Source: Promethearchaeota archaeon
GTDB taxonomy: Archaea; Asgardarchaeota; Lokiarchaeia; Sigyniarchaeales; SOKP01
Assembly (NCBI GenBank): GCA_016840165.1
Contig: JAEOSU010000080.1
Location: forward strand, 32,001-96,000
Length of the DNA stretch: 64,000 nt
Direction of reading: 5' to 3'
The stretch's first letter is position 1. Each line of letters begins with the position of its first letter. Position numbers and translations under genes: made by a program. The notes below the pieces were generated by a model. That model was not told where the DNA came from. It saw nothing but the letters and a program-made list of their open reading frames with translations, and did no database searches. Positions 58,129 to 64,000 of the stretch are shown one piece after another.

Positions 58129-58893
58129 ATGAGGAAGCCAATAATAGGTGCTAATTGGAAAATGTATAGAGGGGTCCCTTCTGAGGCTGAGGAGATACTC
58201 AGGGAGTTGGTTCCTAAGGTAATTGATATAAAAAATGTTGATATTGTAATTGCTCCTCCTTATACTTCAATTATTAAAACCATAGAACTAATTAAAAATA
58301 CATCTATAAAAGTGGGAGCCCAGAATATGTATTATGAGGAGAAAGGGGCATTCACGGGTGAGATCTCTCCTTTATTTTTAAAGAAGATAGGATGTGAATA
58401 TGTTATTTTAGGTCACAGTGAACGAAGAAATATTTTTAATGAAACTGATGAATTAATTAACAAAAAAGTGAAAAAAGCATTAGAGATAGATTTAACCCCT
58501 ATCGTTTGTATTGGAGAGCATTTAGATGAGAGAGAAAATGGAAAAACTAAAGGTGTTATTGAAAAACAGTTTGAAATGACTTTCGATGGATTGAATCAAG
58601 AAGATATGATAAAGCTTATCATTGCATATGAGCCAATCTGGGCAATAGGCACAGGAAAGACCGCTACACCCGAACAAGCAGAAGAAATCCACATGTTTAT
58701 CAGAAAAATAATAGAAGATAAGTATAATAAAGATACCGCAGAGAGAGTTAGAATCCAATATGGAGGTTCTATAAAACCATCAAATGCTAGAGAATTATTT
58801 AGTAAAGCAAATATTGACGGTGGTTTGGTTGGAGGTGCTTCTTTGCAAGCAGAATCCCTCTATCAAATAATTAAATCCGCTGAGAATTATTAG
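58129..58893 (+). CDS. tpiA: Triosephosphate isomerase, bacterial/eukaryotic type (start adjusted to MRKPII)
   Basis: ANWKM, GAFTGEIS, GHSERR, AYEPIWAIGTG, YGGS and LVGGASL motifs. Confidence 0.96.
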   Translation: MRKPIIGANWKMYRGVPSEAEEILRELVPKVIDIKNVDIVIAPPYTSIIKTIELIKNTSIKVGAQNMYYEEKGAFTGEISPLFLKKIGCEYVILGHSERRNIFNETDELINKKVKKALEIDLTPIVCIGEHLDERENGKTKGVIEKQFEMTFDGLNQEDMIKLIIAYEPIWAIGTGKTATPEQAEEIHMFIRKIIEDKYNKDTAERVRIQYGGSIKPSNARELFSKANIDGGLVGGASLQAESLYQIIKSAENY

Positions 58894-58910
58894 ATTTTAT
58901 GAACACAATT

Positions 58911-59768
58911 TTATCCTAAAATTTGATTAAATCTAACAGCTAATTTACCAGGGAATTCCCCAAGATAAGATTGTGGTTCAGCAAATAGTAGATAAAAGTA
59001 AGATTGAAATAACCCATCCACGGTGGGTCCAACACCTGATTTTATTATATAAACCCATATTTCTTCATTAGAGGTAAAAGATTGCCTATATATCCATTCT
59101 AAGGGTGGAATTTCGGGAATAACTCCAACATTTCTTAGTATAGCATCAATAGTCTGGAAAGAATAGTTATTTCCGTAAGAAAAGATAGGAGATAAATCAA
59201 ATGAAGTAATAGATATCCCTAGCAAACCATACTTTTTCATCTCATTCAAATATCCCTCGCATAACTTAGATATTTCTGTTTTATGATCGTTAATGCGATC
59301 CCTCGCAGTTTTATCGTTTAAAATGTCTATTATTTTATCTTCCTCATTTTGTAAAAGTTCCATGGCAGAATCAAGAGGAATTCTGGTTGAGATAATAGAA
59401 TCATAAATCAATTTAATTTTTGCTTTCACAGATTTATGCAAAATATATGGTTCAGTTTGAGTAGTGATCAATACATCACCTTTATAACGTGATAGTTTTT
59501 TCTCTTGTGCCGCTTTATCTTGAGAATGAAATTCGACAATCTCGATTTTTTTATCGATATTGCGTGCGAATTCAAAAAGAGCAGATACTAACCCAGCATT
59601 AAGTTCAAACATACTCGTCCTATCTAAATCCATCTTTATTTCTTTACTATTTTTTGAAAAATCAAAAAATCTTAGAAAAAGATTAACATCCTTCGGAATT
59701 TCTTTTAATTCTAAATTATAGTAAGGAAATCCAGTGTTAGTTATGATTGATAATACGTAGTATGTCAT
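58911..59768 (-). CDS. Hypothetical protein, probable longin-like N-terminal plus roadblock/profilin-like C-terminal domain
   Basis: VLSIITNTGFPYY, LNAGLVSALFEFA and GLLGISITSFDLSPIFS. Confidence 0.5.
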   Translation of the reverse strand: MTYYVLSIITNTGFPYYNLELKEIPKDVNLFLRFFDFSKNSKEIKMDLDRTSMFELNAGLVSALFEFARNIDKKIEIVEFHSQDKAAQEKKLSRYKGDVLITTQTEPYILHKSVKAKIKLIYDSIISTRIPLDSAMELLQNEEDKIIDILNDKTARDRINDHKTEISKLCEGYLNEMKKYGLLGISITSFDLSPIFSYGNNYSFQTIDAILRNVGVIPEIPPLEWIYRQSFTSNEEIWVYIIKSGVGPTVDGLFQSYFYLLFAEPQSYLGEFPGKLAVRFNQILG

Positions 59769-59893
59769 TTATCTAGGGCTTTAATAAAAATTTTTTTTTA
59801 TTTTTCTATACATATAGATTTGAGTTTAGCTATTTAAATTAATGTAGAAATGAAGAGAAGCATTTAAAAGGTTATTTTGAGGATTTTAAGGAT

Positions 59894-62689
59894 CTATTTA
59901 ATAATGATTGCAGGTCTTCCAGGTAAGGCTTGGAGTGCTTTTTTATTTTTTGATTGATCTTCCTTGATAATATTAATATCACATTGATATTTATTTTTCA
60001 AAATAGATTGAATTTTAGTGAAAAAAGAATACTCCTCTTGCATATTTATCGGCGGAACGCTATATTTCCCGAGATTTTTTAGGACCTTTATGACAGTCTG
60101 AGAAATAAACTTCCCTTTTTCTCGATTCTCTTCTTTAAACATTAATTCCTTTATAATTTCTTTCTGATCCTTAGTTTTATCTGCTAAAGACAGCAACTGT
60201 GATAGAAAGTTATATTTCCATTGATCCGCTATAATCAGATTAATTTCGTCTGGTTGTTCTAATTTAATTATTACAAGGATATGATTAATCGAATCTATAG
60301 TATTATTGAGTAGATTCCATTTATAGTCATTTTCGACTGTAAGATATTTATCATCAAAACCTGGCCATTTTGAGATACTAAGGAATGTATTTTTATTGAG
60401 ATTTTCCCAGATTTCTTCTGTTACATGCGGAATAAAGGGATGGAGTAATATCGTAAATTTTTCTCGACATTCATCAAATACTTCTTGGGATATACCCTCA
60501 TTTTTATATTTTGAAAATTCAGAAGAAAATTGAATCAACTGGTTGATTGCGTCTCGAATATCTATAGATTCTAAGCTTTCAGAAACGTGTTTAATAGTTT
60601 TATGTAAATAATATAAAATTAGGGTATCCCTTATTGTTTCCTTCTTATTGAGATTCTGAGGTTCGTCGCTAAGCATTGAAAAAACATTTCTCACATATTT
60701 GAACGCAAAATCCACCCCTTCATCTGACCATTCCAATCCTGACTTAGGACTTGCTCCAAATAGTATAAAGAATCTCGCCGCATCGGCACCATATTTTTCC
60801 ATTAATCCAATGGGATCAACAGTATTCCCCAAGCTTTTGCTCATTTTAACACTTTTAAGGATGTATTTTGTACCACAGCGTTTACACATCTTATCATCTA
60901 TTTCGTTTTTCATCGCAAACGTTTCGCATTTGGGGCAATAGGGATGATTTTTGTTGATCATACCCTGAGTTAATAACCGTTGGAATGGTTCATCAATCGA
61001 ATGGAGCCCTAAATCCCGTGCTACTTTTGTGAAAAATCGGGCATATAATAGGTGAAGTATAGCATGTTCAATTCCTCCTATGTATTGATCTACATTCATC
61101 CAGTAATTCGCAACTTTTTTCTTATAGGGTAAATATATTTCATGCGGATCACAAAATCTTAGAAAATACCAAGAACTATCAACAAATGTATCCATAGTAT
61201 CGGTCTCACGTTCAGCGGGCTTTCCACATTTAGGACATATAGTTTTAAGGAATGATTCACTAGTCTTTATTGGATTTCCCTTTCCAGTAAACTTTACATC
61301 TTCAGGTAATTTAACTGGTAGGTCCTCATAAGATACGGGAACAATCCCACATCCTTTACAATAGATTATAGGGATAGGACATCCCCAATATCGTTGCCTA
61401 GAAATAAGCCAATCTCTTAATTTGTAATTTATCGTGAATGAGCCTTTATTGATTTTAGTAAGCTTTTCCGTGATTGCTTTAACTGCAGAACGGTTTTCCA
61501 TTCCATTAAATTCCCCGGAGTTGACCAAAATTCCATCTCCCTCGTATGCTCTAGTCATCTTATTTGGATTTAATGCATAATCAAAAGGTTGGATCACAAT
61601 CTTTATAGGGATATCATATTTTTTTGCGAATTCAAAATCTCTTTGATCGTGTCCGGGAACTGCCATAACCGCACCTGCACCATACTCATATATTACAAAA
61701 TTGCCAACATAGACTGGTACTTTTTCACTTGTCATAGGATTAATGGCATATTTACCGATGAATATACCCTTTTTTTCAATCTCTATATCAGTACGGGAAA
61801 ATTTATCTTGTTTTATAACCTCATTGTAAAAAATATTAAAATTTGGTTCGATTTTTGTTCCCTTAACCCATTTTTTAATCCAAGGGTGTTCCGGTGCGAA
61901 AACCATGAAAGTGACTCCAAACAGAGTATCCGGCCTAGTAGTGAAAATATCTATGGTTCTTTCTCCCCCTTCAATCGGAAATTGGATGATGGTTCCCTCT
62001 GAACGTCCAATCCAGTTTCTCTGCATTATCTTTACTTTCTCGGGCCAATCAACTTTATCTAACCCTTCCAGTAATTCCTCTGCATAAGTCCTTATCTTAA
62101 GAAACCACTGAGTAAGAAATTTTTGATTTACTTCCGCACCACAGCGCCAACATTTCCCAGTTAGGACCTGTTCATTCGCTAATACTGTTTGACATTTTGG
62201 ACACCAATTCACATAGCTTTCTTGTCTATATGCTAAACCCTTTTCAAACATTTTAAGAAAAAACCATTGATCCCAACGGTAATAACTTGGATCATGGCTA
62301 AAGATTTTTCGAGTCCAATCATATGAGAGACCGATTCGTTCTTGTTGTGTTTTCATCAACTCAATATTTGCATCGGTATATGATTCAGGATTCGCACCTT
62401 CATCTATAGCTGCATTTTCTGCTGGTAAACCGAATGAGTCGTAACCCATTGGATAAAGAACATTAAAATCATTCATTCTTTTATACCTAGCGTATGCGTC
62501 TCCAATAGAGTAATTTCTTAAATGTCCCATATGCAAACCGCTGCCAGATGGGTACGGATACATTTCTAATACATAAAACTTTTTCTTTTGCTCCTCTGGT
62601 AATTCAGTAACCTCGAAAATTTTTTCTTTTTTCCATCTGCTTTGCCATTTTTTCTCAATTGCTTTAAAATTATATTCTCGATTTGCCAT
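59894..62689 (-). CDS. leuS: Leucine--tRNA ligase
   Basis: MYPYPSG..LHMGH, FTTRPDT (CP1), [17 protein letters not shown] and KMSKS motifs. Confidence 0.97.
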   Translation of the reverse strand: MANREYNFKAIEKKWQSRWKKEKIFEVTELPEEQKKKFYVLEMYPYPSGSGLHMGHLRNYSIGDAYARYKRMNDFNVLYPMGYDSFGLPAENAAIDEGANPESYTDANIELMKTQQERIGLSYDWTRKIFSHDPSYYRWDQWFFLKMFEKGLAYRQESYVNWCPKCQTVLANEQVLTGKCWRCGAEVNQKFLTQWFLKIRTYAEELLEGLDKVDWPEKVKIMQRNWIGRSEGTIIQFPIEGGERTIDIFTTRPDTLFGVTFMVFAPEHPWIKKWVKGTKIEPNFNIFYNEVIKQDKFSRTDIEIEKKGIFIGKYAINPMTSEKVPVYVGNFVIYEYGAGAVMAVPGHDQRDFEFAKKYDIPIKIVIQPFDYALNPNKMTRAYEGDGILVNSGEFNGMENRSAVKAITEKLTKINKGSFTINYKLRDWLISRQRYWGCPIPIIYCKGCGIVPVSYEDLPVKLPEDVKFTGKGNPIKTSESFLKTICPKCGKPAERETDTMDTFVDSSWYFLRFCDPHEIYLPYKKKVANYWMNVDQYIGGIEHAILHLLYARFFTKVARDLGLHSIDEPFQRLLTQGMINKNHPYCPKCETFAMKNEIDDKMCKRCGTKYILKSVKMSKSLGNTVDPIGLMEKYGADAARFFILFGASPKSGLEWSDEGVDFAFKYVRNVFSMLSDEPQNLNKKETIRDTLILYYLHKTIKHVSESLESIDIRDAINQLIQFSSEFSKYKNEGISQEVFDECREKFTILLHPFIPHVTEEIWENLNKNTFLSISKWPGFDDKYLTVENDYKWNLLNNTIDSINHILVIIKLEQPDEINLIIADQWKYNFLSQLLSLADKTKDQKEIIKELMFKEENREKGKFISQTVIKVLKNLGKYSVPPINMQEEYSFFTKIQSILKNKYQCDINIIKEDQSKNKKALQALPGRPAIIIK

Positions 62690-62906
62690 TCTAATCCTAA
62701 TACTTTCTTAAAATATACCAATTATAAATATTACCTTGAATAATTGATTGATTAAATTTTTTTGGAAAAAAACTCCTTCTAACGAAAACGTGAGGTATTT
62801 TAAAAAATAAAAATCTAAAAATTAGGAGTTTAAATATATATTTCTTTAAGGATACTTGTATCTGTAAAGATGCATGATATCAATTTCTAGTAAAGGGGTT
62901 ATTAAA

Positions 62907-63017
62907 GTGAAATTGAAAATTTACCAAGTACTTATGTTTGCTTTAATCGGCTTTATCTCCAGTTTACCTCTCATGAGCATGGCTTTATGCGGTCAGGGGG
63001 GTACTGGAGGACCATAA
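62907..63017 (+). CDS. Unannotated 36-aa small protein, signal-peptide-like: MKLKIYQVLMFALIGFISSLPLMSMALCGQGGTGGP
   Basis: GTG start 8 nt after the GGGG core of an AAAGGGGTT purine tract; n/h/c signal-peptide pattern; locally GC-richer than the flanks; hairpin and T-tract follow. Confidence 0.55.
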   Translation: MKLKIYQVLMFALIGFISSLPLMSMALCGQGGTGGP

Positions 63018-63068
63018 AGAACCAATTTTTATGGTATGGCGACTAGCAAACAGTATTTCCTTTTTTTT
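63011..63068 (+). terminator. Hairpin over the sORF stop codon followed by a T8 tract
   Basis: ACCATAAAGA pairs with TTTTTATGGT (one G-U, loop ACCAA); T8 at 63061..63068. Confidence 0.4.
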
Positions 63069-63160
63069 ATTATATCATCGAACTTAAGATACCTTTACTA
63101 TTAGTTCAACTTAAAGATTTTTTGGCAAAACTTAATTTTAACCAAAGACTTAGGTACTTA

Positions 63161-64000
63161 ATGGGAGTAGAGAAGATACGAGTATCAATCGGGAGTGCTT
63201 CTGTGCTTGGTTTATATGGAGGCGCCCGTTTTAAAGATCCTCCAACAACATGTTATCTTATGACGTATTCCGCTGGAAATGATCCTGTTGGTAGACGTTG
63301 CTTAGGAAATTGTGGCTTTTGCCCTCAAGCACGTGATGCAGAAAGTTCACTTGAATTGTTATCCAGAGTTACATGGCCAGTATATCATTTAAAGGAAGTT
63401 TTCACGAAATTAAAGTATTTATCTCCAAATAAGCAGTTCAAACGAATATGCGTTCAAACTTTAAACTACACTCAAAATTTTGAAGATTTAAAATACATCA
63501 TTACTCAAATTAGGAGAAACAACAATACTCCTATATCTATCGCCATCCCTCCTTTTACTGAAGAAAAATTGAAGGAATTAAAACGAATAGGAGTGGAAAG
63601 AGTGGGTATCGCATTAGATGCATCAACACAGGAAATTTTCGATAAGATTAAAGGAAAGGGAGTAGATGGTCCATATCGTTGGGAGCACCACTTTAAGACT
63701 TTGGAAAATGCATTAAATATTTTTTCCGAAGGAAAGGTGTCTACCCATTTGATTATAGGATTAGGGGAAACTTCTAAGGATGTGGCAGAATTGATTATGC
63801 GGTTAAGTAATATGAAAATAACGGTTGGATTATTTTCCTTTACCCCAATTAAGGGAACGAGTTTAGAAAAATTAAGCCCTCCAGATCTTTTGCGATTCAG
63901 AAAAATTCAACTTGCACTTTACCTTATTGCTAAAAAGAATCGAACTTTAAACGAGATTACGTTTAATACAAGGGGAGATATTATTAAATTTAATTTGAAT
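63161..64000 (+). CDS. Radical SAM enzyme, biotin-synthase-related COG2516 type (LipS2-like); runs off the window edge
   Basis: Not in the ORF track. Manual translation: MGVEKIRVSIGSASVLGL...PPTTCYLMTY...CLGNCGFCPQAR...LLSRVTWP, with a CxxxCxxC motif. Confidence 0.85.
   Translation, partial: MGVEKIRVSIGSASVLGLYGGARFKDPPTTCYLMTYSAGNDPVGRRCLGNCGFCPQARDAESSLELLSRVTWPVYHLKEVFTKLKYLSPNKQFKRICVQTLNYTQNFEDLKYIITQIRRNNNTPISIAIPPFTEEKLKELKRIGVERVGIALDASTQEIFDKIKGKGVDGPYRWEHHFKTLENALNIFSEGKVSTHLIIGLGETSKDVAELIMRLSNMKITVGLFSFTPIKGTSLEKLSPPDLLRFRKIQLALYLIAKKNRTLNEITFNTRGDIIKFNLN

Noticed and set aside
63031-63087. 18-codon ORF MVWRLANSISFFLLYHRT
   Set aside because: No RBS, and it runs through the hairpin and T-tract; likely chance.

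Overview
AT-rich chromosomal window (roughly 30% GC by eye) from an archaeon, almost certainly Asgard (Lokiarchaeia-like). The assignment rests on archaeal ribosomal proteins, Trm1, MptE and AglH occurring together with eukaryote-signature proteins. Housekeeping content: the start of the S19-L22-S3-L29-Rpp29-S17-L14-L24-S4e operon, metabolic and RNA-modification genes, an oligopeptide ABC transporter, an N-glycosylation/translocon cluster (AglH, ribophorin I, Sec61beta, plus a DC2/OSTC-like gene elsewhere), one tRNA-Gln, leuS and a truncated radical SAM gene. No mobile element, CRISPR array or rRNA was seen. The best leads are: (1) a tandem pair resembling TRAPP subunits Bet3 and Trs31, in a 10 kb neighbourhood that also encodes a roadblock protein, a longin-like protein and a stand-alone 7TM protein; (2) an unannotated 36-codon ORF (62907..63017) that looks like a signal peptide plus a 10-residue Cys/Gly peptide, just upstream of a radical SAM gene; (3) DC2/OSTC-, ribophorin I- and DPM2/PIG-P-like proteins that suggest a eukaryote-like translocon-associated glycosylation machinery; (4) a tRNA-Gln with C instead of the near-invariant U33; (5) a perfect 22-bp palindrome between trxA and hdrC. 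All homology calls come from motifs read by eye and reference sequences recalled from memory. No searches were run.
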